From assembly GCA_950097015.1 (NCBI GenBank), contig CATNEN010000038.1:6448001-6512000 (forward strand): a stretch of DNA of 64,000 nucleotides. The letters run 5' to 3'. This DNA is from Macrostomum hystrix (lineage: Eukaryota > Animalia > Platyhelminthes). The position numbers and the translations under genes are program-made. Below, piece by piece: positions 49,255 to 63,085 of this stretch. The notes beneath the pieces were generated by a model, which was not told where the DNA came from, did no database searches, and worked only from the letters and a program-made list of their open reading frames with translations. Position 1 is the stretch's first letter; every line of letters starts with the position of its first letter.

Positions 49255-49700
49255 TTCCTCCTCACCCCTCCTCCTATCGATCCGGTCCCAATGCACACAT
49301 CCTCCTCACCCCTCCTCCTATCGATCCGGTCCCAATGCACACATCCTCCTCACCCCTCCTCCTATCGATCCGGTCCCAATGTACACATCCTCCTCACCCC
49401 TCCTCCTATCGATCCGGTCCCAATGTACACATCCTCCTCACCCCTCCTCCTATCGATCCGGTCCCAATGTACACATCCTCCTCACCCCTCCTCCTATCGA
49501 TCCGGTCCCAATGTACACATCCTCCTCACCCCTCCTCCTATCGATCCGGTCCCAATGTACACATCCTCCTCACCCCTGCTCTTATCAATCTGGTCCCAAT
49601 GTACGCATCCTCCTCACCCCTCCTCTTATCAATCTGGTCCCAATGTACGCATCCTCCTCACCCCTCCTATCGATCTGGTCCCTATGGACACATCCTCCTT
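49255..49700. repeat. 44-bp minisatellite (cctcctcacccctcctcctatcgatccggtcccaatgtacacat)n
   Basis: About 10 units. Confidence 0.95.
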
Positions 49701-51044
49701 TCATACCAGCGTACACAATATCAACCCAGCCTCTATCACTCCTTTCCTGATGTACGCATATGCTTAGCTCGTGTTATCCGCGCACTTTAATTTATTTTAA
49801 TTGCTTATCAGTCACGAATTATTGTGATCAGCAGGTCTGCGCTGCTAGTTAAAATGTGCCTAGTAAATCGCTTCTCTCGCCTTAATAGTTTCACTAAATT
49901 TTCAATCGCTTTAAAACTAACTGGATTGTGCTGCCAGCTTTGTTTAGTCAATGAAAATCGGTTTATTTTGTTTTTAAGGCTGGTATATTCTCTATTTTTT
50001 TCTAGTTGACAATGTCTTACTCTTACTTCTGTTTTGTTTCGTTAATACGTTGATTTAGGTCTTTCCTTTTTATACGATATTTACTACTGATCCTACCTAC
50101 TAATTAGTAGTATGATAAATCTCTCTTGACAATGTTTGCAATTGTTCTCATTGTCAAAATACACGCACAAGAAGCTAGCCAAGAGTTAACGACAAGTGAT
50201 AAGTGATTGATTTCTTCACTTTGCATGCGACTGCAGCAAACAGCAAATAGTTGCTATGCAAATCCACCTGTCAGAATTCACTCGAATCAATCACACCCCG
50301 TCGGATTGTTTGCCGGTGCATTAGCTCTGCTATTTTGACATTGTTATTTCAGGCGGGTTTGAGTAAACGCCTTGCCGATATGTTGTGAAATAACTAAGAA
50401 CTCATGGTATATATGTGGGAAATATGTTTGTAATTAAATAGAAGTTTGAAATTGAAATAGTAAACAATCGACAAACGCTTCGATTATTCCACTCTGTCTT
50501 TCGTCTGTTCCAAAATAACTTAAATATTCGCACTAACAGTTCAAACCAGCGCAGTTTGAGCGAATGTGCATTGAAACTATACTCAACCGTTTTTCCCACA
50601 CACCGCACCAACTGGGTTACAATGTCCCAAGTCCCAAACCTGCATGAGCTGCTCGCCCACCCCTGCCACAACTCGCGTGAGCAGCCAGCTGCATTCAATT
50701 GCCGCTCTTTCGTCCGTGAGAGCCTTGGCCATTCAGCTGCTGCTGGCTGTTCGGGCAGTGTTGCATTTCACATGCCCTTCAGGCAGGCTTGTGTTTGCCC
50801 TCCAAGGCTCAGCGTTCTGGTCTGCTCTGCTTCTGCGAAACACTTTCTGCTTCTGTTTGAACTCTGTTTTCAAAATTTTAAAAGTCTCTTAGCAGGGCTT
50901 CCTATTGTTATATTATCCAACTAGATATATCTGTTCTTTGTCCTGTCTTTTATAATTCTTCACACAACTTTAACTCCTTCGTTGTCCCGTGCATCCATCC
51001 GCTCAGTAATCCCGTGTGAAACTGCGATTTCTCCCCAAATAAAC

Positions 51045-52480
51045 CATGCATTCTCCCATGTCCCTGTTTAATTCTCCCATGTCACTGTTGAATTCTCCCA
51101 TGTCCCTGTTGAATTCTCCCATGTCACTGTTGAATTCTCCCATGTCCCTGTTGAATTCTCCCATGTCACTGTTGAATTCTCCCTTGTCCCTGTTGAATTC
51201 TCCCATGTCACTGTTGAATTCTCCCATGTCCCTGTTGAATTCTCCCATGTCACTGTTGAATTCTCCCATGTCACTGCTGAATTCTCCCATGTCACTGCTG
51301 AATTCTCCCATGTCACTGTTGAATTCTCCCATGTCACTGCTGAATTCTCCCATGTCACTGCTGAATTCTCCCATGTCACTGTTGAATTCTCCCATGTCAC
51401 TGCTGAATTCTCCCATGTCACTGTTGAATTCTCCCATGTCACTGCTGAATTCTCCCATGTCACTGTTGAATTCTCCCATGTCACTGTTGAATTCTCCCAT
51501 GTCACTGTTGAATTCTCCCATGTCACTGTTGAATTCTCCCATGTCACTGCTGAATTCTCCCATGTCACTGCTGAATTCTCCCATGTCACTGTTGAATTCT
51601 CCCATGTCACTGTTGAATTCTCCCATGTCACTGCTGAATTCTCCCATGTCACTGTTGAATTCTCCCATGTCACTGCTGAATTCTCCCATGTCACTGTTGA
51701 ATTCTCCCATGTCACTGTTGAATTCTCCCATGTCACTGCTGAATTCTCCCATGTCACTGCTGAATTCTCCCATGTCCCTGTTGAATTCTCCCATGTCACT
51801 GTTGAATTCTCCCATGTCACTGCTGAATTCTCCCATGTCACTGTTGAATTCTCCCATGTCACTGCTGAATTCTCCCATGTCACTGTTGAATTCTCCCATG
51901 TCACTGTTGAATTCTCCCATGTCACTGTTGAATTCTCCCATGTCACTGTTGAATTCTCCCATGTCACTGTTGAATTCTCCTATGTCCCTGTTGAATTCTC
52001 CCATGTCACTGTTGCATTCTGCTATGTCACTGTTGAATTCTCCCATGTCACTGCTGAATTCTCCCATGTCACTGTTGAATTCTCCCATGTCACTGCTGAA
52101 TTCTCCCATGTCACTGCTGAATTCTCCCATGTCACTGTTGAATTCTCCCATGTCACTGTTGAATTCTCCCATGTCACTGCTGAATTCTCCCATGTCACTG
52201 TTGAATTCTCCCATGTCACTGCTGAATTCTCCTTCGTTGTCTAATTCACTGTTGAATTCTCCCATGTCACTGCTGAATTCTCCCATGTCACTGTTGCATT
52301 CTCCCATGTCACTGTTGAATTCTCCCATGTCACTGTTGAATTTCCCTATGTCCCTGTTGCATTCTCCTATGTCCCTGTTGAATTCTCCCATGTCCCTGTT
52401 GCATTCTGCTATGTCCCTGTTGAATTCTCCCATGTCACTGCTGAATTCTCCCATGTCATTATTGAATTCTCCCATGTCAT
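51045..52480. repeat. 21-bp minisatellite (catgtcactgYtgaattctcc)n
   Basis: About 68 units. It explains the repetitive 486-aa and 495-aa ORFs. Confidence 0.95.
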
Positions 52481-53486
52481 TTAGGCACATGAAATGTTAT
52501 TCGTAGCTATGCTGGACAATAATAGCTGTATTATATGTGTTGTATTGTTGAAATTGTAAGCTCAGGAGACATAGTATATTTGCACAGATGGCTCAAATCA
52601 ATCTGGGAAAATCCTATTTTTTTGTTTCTTCAGCCGTTCATGTATGAGATTTTATAATATTTACTTTTTACTTATACTTTAGAGTACAGAAGTGCTTACT
52701 TATAACTGGAGCATTTTCCCTTTCCCGGCATAATATAGCTTATTTGAGTTTGGCAACTTGCAAAATCATGCTACACCTATGCAATATTTGTTTTAAAGCT
52801 CTAACCGAGCAAATCTGCTGCTTTCAGCGTCACGTTACTCTGTGGGGCACGCGGAGTGATTTCGCCCACCTCCACTCCGCCACGTGGTGCCCCTTCTGAG
52901 ATGCCCGGCCAGAGGAGAACGCATCTTGACCGCACCGAGTAGAATTGAATTTTGTGTGCACCCTGCAGAGAACGCTGCTGAGAGTTCACAGCAATGAACA
53001 AATAGAAGAAATAAAACTGCTTTGGCCCTGCTGCACTGGCCCAGCTCCCTGATTGGCTGGGCTGCTGTGCTTGGAGCTGCCCTGCATAAGTTGCCGCGCT
53101 GCACCGCTTGCAGCCCTTCTCTCCCTCTTCGTCTGTGTCTGTCTGTCTGTCTGTCTGTCGACAGTTGTCGAGAAATTCGCTTTGGGTTGCAATTGTGTTC
53201 GCGACTCGAATAACTTATACGAGGTAAGTTAAACTCATACACTAAGCCAGTGCGTTTGTGCAATTATGCCCTTAGCTGTATCATTTTAGCAATTCTCTGA
53301 GCGTGCAAACAGTGTTTCTTCGTTTATTTTTAAACCGTTTTAGTGCGAGAAACATCAGCTAAACCACTCATTTTGAGTTTTTTACTGAGCCAGTACATAT
53401 ATAACTGTCTTCTTTAACAACGGAAACTGCACTGAAAATTGGACTCAAATATACCAGTCCGACAGCAGGGAGCGGAAGGGGCCGAC

Positions 53487-54135
53487 TTCTCATATCTATT
53501 CTGTCTCATCTCTCTTATCTCTTCTGTCTTATCTCTCCTATCTCTTCTGTCTCATCTCTCTTATCTTTTCTGTCTCATCTCTCTTATCTCTTCTGTCTTA
53601 TCTCTCTTATCTATTCTGTCTCATCTGTCTTATCTCTTCTGTCTTATCTCTCTTATCTATTCTGTCTCATCTGTCTTATCTCTTCTGTCTTATCTCTCTT
53701 ATCTATTTTGTCTCATCTGTCTTATCTCTTCTGTCTTATCTCTCTTATCTCTTCTGTCTCATCTCTATTATCTATTCTGTCTCATCTCTCTTATCTCTTC
53801 TGTCTTATCTCTCCTATCTTTTCTGTCTCATCTCTCTTATCTATTCTGTCTTATCTCTCTTATCTCTTCTGTCTTATCTCTCCTATCTCTTCTGTCTCAT
53901 CTCTCTTATCTATTCTGTCTCATCTCTCTTATCTCTTCTGTCTCATCTCATCTCTCTTATCTATTCTGTCTCATCTCTCTTATCTATTCTGTCTCATCTC
54001 TCTTATATCTTCTGTCTTATCTGTCTTATCTATTCTGTCTTATCTCTCTTATCTCTCTTATCTATTCTGTCTTATCTCTCTTATCTCTCTTATCTATTCT
54101 GTCTCATCTGTCTTATCTCTCCTGTCTCACATCTT
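53487..54135. repeat. CT-rich low-complexity array (tctcatctctcttatctcttctg)n
   Basis: Tandem ~23-bp units with variants. Confidence 0.9.
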
Positions 54136-55389
54136 ATCTGTCGGTCTGGCCGTCTCTCTTATCTTTAATTATCTACTTTACTATCGAAGCATACAATTTT
54201 GCCGACCCCTGCACGGCTTAACTTCTGTTTTAGACCCTCATAGAGTGTTGTTGAGTGCAGCCATCGCCCTATCTGGTCTTGTCGGCAGCAAAATCTTTAT
54301 TCTGGCTTTAAATTAATAATGTCAGTGAGTTCGCTTGCTGAGCGAGTGGTGGCAGATAGAGTGTGACTAGCAGTGAGTTAGGCTAGCAAGCGAATGTGGT
54401 TCATGAGAATGAGCTATGATGGCTGCTAGCGAGAAAAATCACTCGGGATAAAAATGAACGGATATGATCCCTAAAAATAAGTAATAAAATTTCCCAGTCT
54501 TATGAAATATTCCTCATTTCTCATCCGAAGCGCATGACAGATGTGCGGCGGAGTGCACTTTGCCTATTTTGAGGTTTTTTTGCACTTTTTTTCTGACAAA
54601 CCGATATGTTGAGAAAAGTTTATATGTTAGGGTAAAAATCAAATCTGTATATCTGGACTTATTGAAAACTTTAAGCCCCGTAGAACTTGAAGCGTGCCAA
54701 TTAAAAATACCTAAATTCTTTTTCTCGTGTCTCCCAAAATAATTATTATTTTAACAACTCACAAAATATATTATATATAATATAACTTAGCAATTTTCTT
54801 AGCGAGTGTCAAATATTCAACTGTTAAAGAGGTAAGCGTACTTCCAGATGCGGTTAAACTGTAACGCGTATAATCTGAAATCTAGTGTAACATTATGCAC
54901 TTTACCTAGAACTAGTTGAAAGACAAATAAGATGCACTTTGATCTAGTCTAAAGATCTATTTTTCATTTCATTGAGTCATCGAGATTCACGCACCGACTG
55001 GGTGAAATCTGGGTCGGGGGTTGGTGTGTCCCACTATGAGTTTATTTGTGATAAGCCGATTTGAGCAGAGAACGGCCTCACAACTACTAACCCAATCTCA
55101 TTTGAGTTGGACTAAATAGTCGGTGGAAAAATTACGTTTTCAGTGCGTTGCAGAGTGCCCTTATGATCAGTCTTTGTGTTATCTGTTAAACATTTTCTGC
55201 CCCCAAATGCCCCTGAATCTTTTGCACTTGGCCAAAGATTGATAACCAATTCTGTAGCAGATTTGGGGGCTATAAATATGCAAGCTTAACGGTCCAAGTT
55301 TTTTAGCTACTGCCTAATAATCCTTTAACACTCGACTAATACTGTGCTCAGCACTGAGCAGACTCTTTACTAGCAAAACTTCGACATCA

Positions 55390-58300
55390 ATGGCTTCCAT
55401 TGCTAAAGGTAAAACTAAATTTTAGAATTTTAATTTCTAACAATAAAACAAACTAACAAAAACATAGCGGTTGTTAATCTAACATCACTTGTCCATATGG
55501 CTATATGAGATAATGGCTTTATTCTGCTCACACCTATGATAGGCGTGACTATCTGGTGTTATTTTGGCTTTTTATGCTGCCTCACAATTTTTGTCTCTTT
55601 TTTACTCGTGTCTCGACTTCCTTTCGCAGGGATTATGGTTGGTATTTTAATTACTTTTTACTAAGAATTTTTTCGTGATTATTGATTTTGCCCTTTTTTC
55701 TGACAGCGCCTATTCATATTTGCTTTCCGTGACTTATATGGTTTTCATCGGATTTGGTATTAATTCTTTGAAATCTTTTGATATGTCAGCGTGATCTGTC
55801 ACAACTTACCCAAGCGTCTGTCAGAACTTTGCGAATGTCTGTCGGTTGTTGTTTTTGAGTGTCTGTCAGCTCAGTCAGCTTATTTTGAGTGTCTGTCAGA
55901 TCTGTTTGAGTGTCTGTCAACTTATTTCGAGTGTCCGTCAGTTCTTTTTAAGTATCTGTCAGTTCTATTTAAGTGTCTGTCAGAACTATTCTAGAGTCTG
56001 TCAGTTCTATTTGAGTGTCTGTCATAACTATTCTAGAGTCTGTCAGTTCTTTTTGAGTGTCTGTCAGAACTATTCTAGAGTCTGTCAGTTCTTTTTGAGT
56101 GTCTGTCAGAACTATTCTAGAGTCTGTCAGTTCTATTTGAGTGTCTGTCATAACTATTCTAGAGTCTGTCAGTTCTTTTTGAGTGTCTGTCAGAACTATT
56201 CTAGAGTCTGTCAGTTCTTTTTGAGTGTCTGTCAGAACTATTCTAGAGTCTGTCAGTTCTATTTGAGTGTCTGTCATAACTATTCTAGAGTCTGTCAGTT
56301 CTATTTGAGTGTCTGTCATAACTATTCTAGAGTCTGTCAGTTCTATTTGAGTGTCTGTCATAACTATTCTAGAGTCTGTCAGTTCTTTTTGAGTGTCTGT
56401 CATAACTATTCTAGAGTCTGTCAGTTCTTTTTGAGTGTCTGTCAGAACTATTCTAGAGTCTGTCAGTTCTTTTTGAGTGTCTGTCAGAACTGTCCCAAGC
56501 TGTCCTCCGATAACAACCTCGCAGACCGCCGCCGCCCAAACGTCATGGCAACCAACGTGTTCAGTCAGGCGCATCACGTGACCCGTGACAAACGCGCCCA
56601 GGTCATCGGCCAGCGAGGCGGCTTCCGCGGCTGCACAATCTGGCTGACCGGCCTGTCTGGAGCCGGCAAGTCGACGATCGCCTTCGGCCTGGAGGACTAC
56701 CTGGTGTCTGCCGGCTTCCCCGCCTACACTCTGGACGGCGACAACATGCGCACCGGCCTAAACAAGAACCTCGGCTTCTCGCCGGAGGATCGCGAAGAGA
56801 ACATCAGGCGGGTGAGCGAGGTGGCCAAGCTGTTCGCTGACGGCGGCATCGTGTGCATCACGGCCTTCATCAGTCCGTTCCGCGCTGACCGCGACCGGGC
56901 CCGCCAGCTGCACGACGAGGCCGGCCTGAAGTTCTTCGAAGTCTTCGTCGACGCGCCCTTGGAAGTGTGCGAAGGTCGCGATGTCAAGGGCCTGTATAAG
57001 AAGGCCAGGGAGGGCCTTATCAAGGGCTTCACCGGTATCGACAGCGCCTACGAGGCGCCTCTGCAGCCCGATGTGGCCGTCCGCACCGCCGACTGCAGCA
57101 TCCGGCAGGCGGTGCAGTCCGTTGTCAGCCTTCTGATTGGCCAGGACGTCCTGCCGGCCACGGCTGCCCAGTCCGAGATTGTCGAACTGCTGGTGCCTGG
57201 CGACGACGCGGCTTTGAGAGCCGAGCTGGAGGCGGCTCCCAGCGTTGAGTTGGACCTCATCGATGCCCAATGGGCTCAGGTGAGTTGCCATGGCAACGGA
57301 TGAAGAATCTAGGATGCACTTTTACGAGACTGGGTCCTTTAGCTCGAATCCACGGTGAATCTCCCGTGTCTCATCTCTCCCGTGTCTTATCTCTCCCGTG
57401 TCTCATCTCTCCCATGTCTCATCTCTCCCGTGTCTCATCTCTCCCATGTCTCATCTCTCCCGTGTCTCATCTCCCCCGTGTCTCATCTCTCCCGTGTCTC
57501 ATCTCTCCCGTGTCTCATCTCTTCCGTGTCTCATCTCTTCCGTGTCTCATCTCTCCCGTGTCTCATCTCTTCCGTGTCTCATCTCTCCCGTGTCTCATCT
57601 CTTCCGTGTCTCATCTCTTCCGTGTCTCATCTCTCCCGTGTCTCATCTCTCCCGTGTCTCATCTCTCCCGTGTCTCATCTCTCCCGTGTCTCATCTCTCC
57701 CGTGTCTCATCTCTCCCGTGTCTCATCTCTCCCGTGTCTCATCTCCCCCGTGTCTCATCTCTCCCGTGTCTCATCTCTCCCGTGTCTCATCTCTTCCGTG
57801 TCTCATCTCTTCCGTGTCTCATCTCTCCCGTGTCTCATCTCTTCCGTGTCTCATCTCTTCCGTGTCTCATCTCTCCCGTGTCCCAATGAGAAAGTCTAGG
57901 CAGCCGGCTGTGTTCCGTTGTCGTCAAATGTTGCACAAGTGCTCACAGCCCCCTGCTTCTGTGTTGTCCTTTTTCCCGAATAATTTTTTGGGTTTACCGA
58001 ATCTATATTCGAAGTGGCGTTTGTAATGCAAAACGCGAACGGATAATGGGATTTGGGTCTCTTCTCGGCTGCATTGGGAAGACCTTAAGTTCTCCTTCTT
58101 CCCTTCTTCCCATTCTCCATTAATCTCTGGCTCCTGCGAAGGGATTAATGTGGGTCTAATGTTTTCTCTTTGATTTCAGTGTCGCGGGTTGGGGGATAAA
58201 TGTGGGCCTCGTCCCGCTGTCGATATGAAACTGGGGACACGGCGGGTTGGCAATGATCTGGAGATGCTGCTGGGCAGGCGGGGTTGAGAAGGAAAATTTA

Positions 58301-61300
58301 GCTGTTCCAAAATCAACAGAGACTCAGCTTCCGCTCAGCTTCAGCTTCAGAGTCTGTCATGTTTAATATGGGCATTTTCAGCTAGCAAAAGTGCATCCAT
58401 CTGGCTTTGACTGCATGTGGTGATTTTATAGCTGTGATGCTTCTGTCCTTAGGGGTTGATAAGTTAGTTTTTTTAGGTGGCAAATATGCTTATATTGCCA
58501 TTTATAGTAGCTGACGCATATACGATACAGTGTCTGCAGGAAAGTGCGAGGGCTGAAGAACGATGAGTCAGGCTAGTCAGTAATGAGTCAGGCTAGTCAG
58601 TGGTGAGTCAGGCTAGTCAGTAATGAGTCAGGCTAGTCAGTAATGAGTCAGGCTAGTCAGTAATGAGTCAGGCTAGTCAGTAATGAGTCAGGCTAGTCAG
58701 TAATGAGTCAGGCTAGTCAGTAATGAGTCAGGCTAGTCAGTGGTGAGTCAGGCTAGTCAGTAATGAGTCAGGCTAGTCAGTAATGAGTCAGGCTAGTCAG
58801 TAATGAGTCAGGCTAGTCAGTAATGAGTCAGGCTAGTCAGTAATGAGTCAGGCTAGTCAGTAATGAGTCAGGCTAGTCAGTAATGAGTCAGGCTAGTCAG
58901 TAATGAGTCAGGCTAGTCAGTAATGAGTCAGGCTAGTCAGTAATGAGTCAGGCTAGTCAGTAATGAGTCAGGCTAGTCAGTAATGAGTCAGGCTAGTCAG
59001 TAATGAGTCAGGCTAGTCAGTGGTGAGTGAGGATAGTCAGTAATGAGTCAGGCTAGTCAGTAATGAGTCAGGCTAGTCAGTAATGAGTCAGGCTAGTCAG
59101 TGGTGAGTGAGGATAGTCAGTAATGAGTCAGGCTAGTCAGTAATGAGTCAGGCTAGTCAGTAATGAGTCAGGCTAGTCAGGTGTGAGTCAGGCTAGTCAG
59201 TAATGAGTCAGGCTAGTCAGTAATGAGTCAGGCTAGTCTGTGATGAGTCAGGCTAGTCAGTAATGAGTCAGGCTAGTCAGTAATGAGTCAGGCTAGTCTG
59301 TGATGAGTCAGGCTAGTCAGTGGTGAGTCAGGCTAGTCAGTAATGAGTCAGGCTAGTCAGTAATGAGTCAGGCTAGTCAGTAATGAGTCAGGCTAGTCAG
59401 TAATGAGTCAGGCTAGTCTGTGATGAGTCAGGCTAGTCAGTGGTGAGTGAGGATAGTCAGTAGTGAGTGAGGCTAGTCTGTGATGAGTCAGGCTAGTCAG
59501 TGATGGTTCAGTCTAGTGAGTGATGAGTCAGGCTAGTCTGTGATGAGTCAGGCTAGTCAGTAATGAGTCAGGCTAGTCAGTAATGAGTCAGGCTAGTCTG
59601 TGATGAGTCAGGCTAGTCAGTGGTGAGTGAGGATAGTCAGTAGTGAGTGAGGCTAGTCTGTGATGAGTCAGGCTAGTCAGTGATGGTTCAGGCTAGTGAG
59701 TGATGAGTCCGATTCTGTCAACCTTCGTCGCCGCCAGGTGCTGTCGGAAGGCTGGGCTCACCCGCTTCGCGGTTTCATGAACGAGCGGCAGTACCTTCAG
59801 TGCCTGCACTTCGGCACCATCAACGAGGCCGACGCCATCGCCACGGGGCCGTCAAGCGGAGGCAGCGGCGATGATAGCGGTCTGATGGGCCCAGTGCACA
59901 ACCAGAGCGTGCCGATAGTTCTGGCCATAGACGATGCCACAAAGGCGGCTGTGGAAGGCCGCCCGCTGATTGGCCTGCGCTACGAAGGCCGTCTGATCGG
60001 CATTCTGCGCTTTCCGGAGGTGTTTCCGCACAACAAGAAGGAACGCTGCTGCCGAACTTTCGGCACCGCGTCGGCGGGTCACCCGAGTGTGGCCAGAATC
60101 CTGTCCAGCGGCGACTGGCTCGTGGGCGGCCAGATTGCCCTGCTGGAGCCACTGCGCTGGGGCGACGGCCTGGACGAGTACCGCCTGACTCCCCTGCAGC
60201 TGCGGGACAAATTCGAAGCCATGGGCGCTGATGCCGTGTTTGCCTTTCAGCTGCGCAACCCAGTGCACAATGGACACGCACTGCTCATGCAGGTGAGCTC
60301 AATGCAATCGCATTGGACATTCACACAGCTCGCCACTTCATTCACACAACTCGCCACTTCATTCACACAATTCGCCACTTCATTCACACAACTCGCCAAT
60401 TCATTCACACAATCCGCCATATCATTCACACAACTCGCCACTTCATTCACACAATTCGCCACTTCATTCACACAATTCGCCAATTCATTCACACAATCCG
60501 CCATATCATTCACACAATTCGCCAATTCATTCACACAATTCGCCACTTCATTCACACAATTCGCCAATTCATTCACACAATTCGCCACTTCATTCACACA
60601 ATTCGCCAATTCATTCACACAATCCGCCATATCATTCACACAATTCGCCAATTCATTCACACAATTCGCCACTTCATTCACACAATTCGCCAATTCATTC
60701 ACACAATTCGCCACTTCATTCACACAATTCGCCAATTCATTCACACAATTCGCCACTTCATTCACACAACTCGCCATTTCATTCATACAATCCGCCACTT
60801 CATTCACACAACTCGCCAATTCATTCACACAACTCGCCACTTCATTCACACAATCCGCCATATCATTCACACAACTCGCCAATTCATTCACACAATCCGC
60901 CAATTCATTCACACAATCCGCCAATTCATTCACACAATTCGCCATTTCATTCACACAATCCGCCATATCATTCACACAACTCGCCAATTCATTCACACAA
61001 TTCGCCAATTCATTCACACAATTCGCCAATTCATTCACACAATTCGCCAATTCATTCACACAACTCGCCACTTCATTCACACAACTCGCCATTTCATTCA
61101 CACAATCCGCCATATCATTCACACAATTCGCCACTTCATTCACACAACTCGCCATTTATTCACACAATCCGCCATATCATTCACACAATCCGCCATATCA
61201 TTCACACAATCCGCCATATCATTCACACAACTCGCCAATTCATTCACACAATTCGCCACTTCATTCACACAACTCGCCATTTCATTCACACAATCCGCCA

Positions 61301-62075
61301 ATTCATTCACACAATTCGCCAATTCATTCACACAATCCGCCATATCATTCACACAATCCGCCATATCATTCACACAATCCGCCATATCATTCACACAATC
61401 CGCCATATCATTCACACAATCCGCCACCTGATTCACGCAATCCACTTCCCCCGTTGACCCAAACTTCGCCAGGACACTCGCCGCCGCCTGCTGGAGCGCG
61501 GCTACCGCAATCCTGTGCTGCTGCTGCACCCGCTGGGTGGCTGGACCAAGCCGGACGATGTCCCCCTGGACGTCCGCATGCGTCAGCACGCGGAGGTCCT
61601 GCGCGAAGGCGTGCTGGACCCGGCCACCACCGTCACGGCAATCTTCCCGGCCCCGATGCTGTACGCCGGTCCAACCGAGGTTCAGTGGCACGCCAAGGCG
61701 CGGATGAACGCCGGAGCCACCTTCTACATTGTCGGCCGCGACCCAGCCGGCCTGCCGAACCCGGACGAGCCCGGCAAGGACCTGTACAATCCTACCCACG
61801 GCGCCACCGTGCTGACTATGGCTCCAGGCCTGTCCCAGCTGGAGATTGTGCCATTCCGAGTTGCCGCCTACGACAAGCCAGCCGGCCAGATGGCCTTCTT
61901 CGACCCCGCCAGACGGGCGGATTTCGACTTCATCTCCGGCACCCGGATGCGCGCCCTGGCCAAGGCTGGCGAGCTTCCGCCAGACGGCTTCATGGCTCCG
62001 GCCGCCTGGCAGGTGCTGGCCGACTTCTACAACAAGGCCGCCGCCTCTAGCAACAATTCGCCTGAGACCAACTGA
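55390..62075 (+). CDS. PAPSS: Bifunctional 3'-phosphoadenosine 5'-phosphosulfate synthase (APS kinase + ATP sulfurylase); exons 55390-55408, 56525-57279, 59738-60292, 61473-62075
   Basis: [17 protein letters not shown]-loop, [58 protein letters not shown] and FISGTRMR. Junctions are phase-consistent; the short first exon is less certain. Confidence 0.97.
55800..56492. repeat. 42-bp (2x21) minisatellite (tgtcagttctttttgagtgtctgtcagaactattctagagtc)n in PAPSS intron 1
   Basis: The array ends ~30 nt before the acceptor. Confidence 0.95.
57359..57882. repeat. 16-bp CT-rich minisatellite (tctcatctctcccgtg)n in PAPSS intron 2
   Basis: About 32 units. Confidence 0.95.
58562..59709. repeat. 20-bp minisatellite (atgagtcaggctagtcagta)n in PAPSS intron 2
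   Basis: About 57 units ending ~28 nt before the acceptor. Confidence 0.97.
60318..61442. repeat. 21-bp minisatellite (cattcacacaaYtcgccaMtt)n filling PAPSS intron 3
   Basis: About 53 units running from ~25 nt after the donor to ~30 nt before the acceptor. Confidence 0.97.
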
Positions 62076-62284
62076 GGCCTGAGCAGTTATTCGATTGAAA
62101 AATTAACTTTTTTTTTGCTTTTCATAATTCTTTTAAGCCTCGCTTAATATTCTTTATTGCTGGCGTTGTCGCTAAAGTGTTGTTCTGTACTTATCTGAGC
62201 GAGCCCCTCTGTCTGTTACTTGTTTCTGTTGAAAATAATCTGGGATTGGTAAAAATAATCCAATGGGTTTATTGAAGGACTGCT

Positions 62285-63085
62285 CTGGTAGGATTCCTCT
62301 GGGATTTCTGCTGGGATTCATCTGGGATTTCTGGTAGGATTCCTCTTGGATTTCTTGTAGGATTCCGCTGGGATTTCTTGTAGGATTCCTCTGGGATTTC
62401 TGCTGGGATTCATTTGGGATTTCTGGTAGGATTCCTCTTGGATTTCTTGTAGGATTCCTCTGGGATTTCTGCTGGGATTCATTTGGGATTTCTGGTAGGA
62501 TTCCTCTTGGATTTCTGGTAGGATTCCGCTGGGATTTCTTGTAGGATTCCTCTGCGATTTCTGCTGGGATTCATCTGGGATTTCTGGTAGGATTCCTCTG
62601 GGATTTCTGGTAGGATTCCTCTGGGATTTCTGGTAGGATTCCTCTGGGATTTCTGCTGGGATTCATCTGGGATTTCTGGTAGGATTCCTCTTGGATTTCT
62701 GGAAGTATTTCTCTGGGATTTCTGGTAGGATTCCTCTGGGATTTCTGTTAGGATTCCTCTGGGATTTCTGTTAGGATTCCTCTGGGATTTCTGGTAGGAT
62801 TCCTCTGGGATTTCTGCTGGGATTCATCTGGGATTTCTGGTAGGATTCCTCTTGGATTTCTGGAAGTATTTCTCTGGGATTTCTGGTAGGATGCCTCTGG
62901 GATTTCTGTTAGGATTCCTCTGGGATTTCTGTTAGGATTCCTCTGGGATTTCTGTTAGGATTCCTCTGGGATTTCTGGTAGGATTCCCCTGGGATTTCTG
63001 GTAGGATTCCTTTGGGATTTCTGGTAGGATTCGTCTGGGATTTCTGGTAGGATTTCTCTGGTATTTCTTGTCGTATTTCTCTAGA
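62285..63085. repeat. 23-bp minisatellite (ggattcctctgggatttctggta)n
   Basis: About 34 units downstream of the PAPSS stop. Confidence 0.95.

Noticed and set aside
51003-52506. 495-aa and 486-aa ORFs of heptad repeats (MGEFNSD / SPMSLLN)
   Set aside because: A stop-free 21-bp minisatellite is open on both strands, with no unique coding flanks or splice context.
55846-56524. Cys-rich repeat N-terminal extension on PAPSS
   Set aside because: This is an intronic 42-bp array. A short upstream exon (MASIAK) splices in phase to 56525.
59696-62050. 784-aa ORF with (FTQLATS)n, resembling an antifreeze or repeat protein
   Set aside because: It is read-through of PAPSS exon 3 into a repeat-filled intron. 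Canonical splice sites restore the conserved ALLMQ|DTRRRL sequence.
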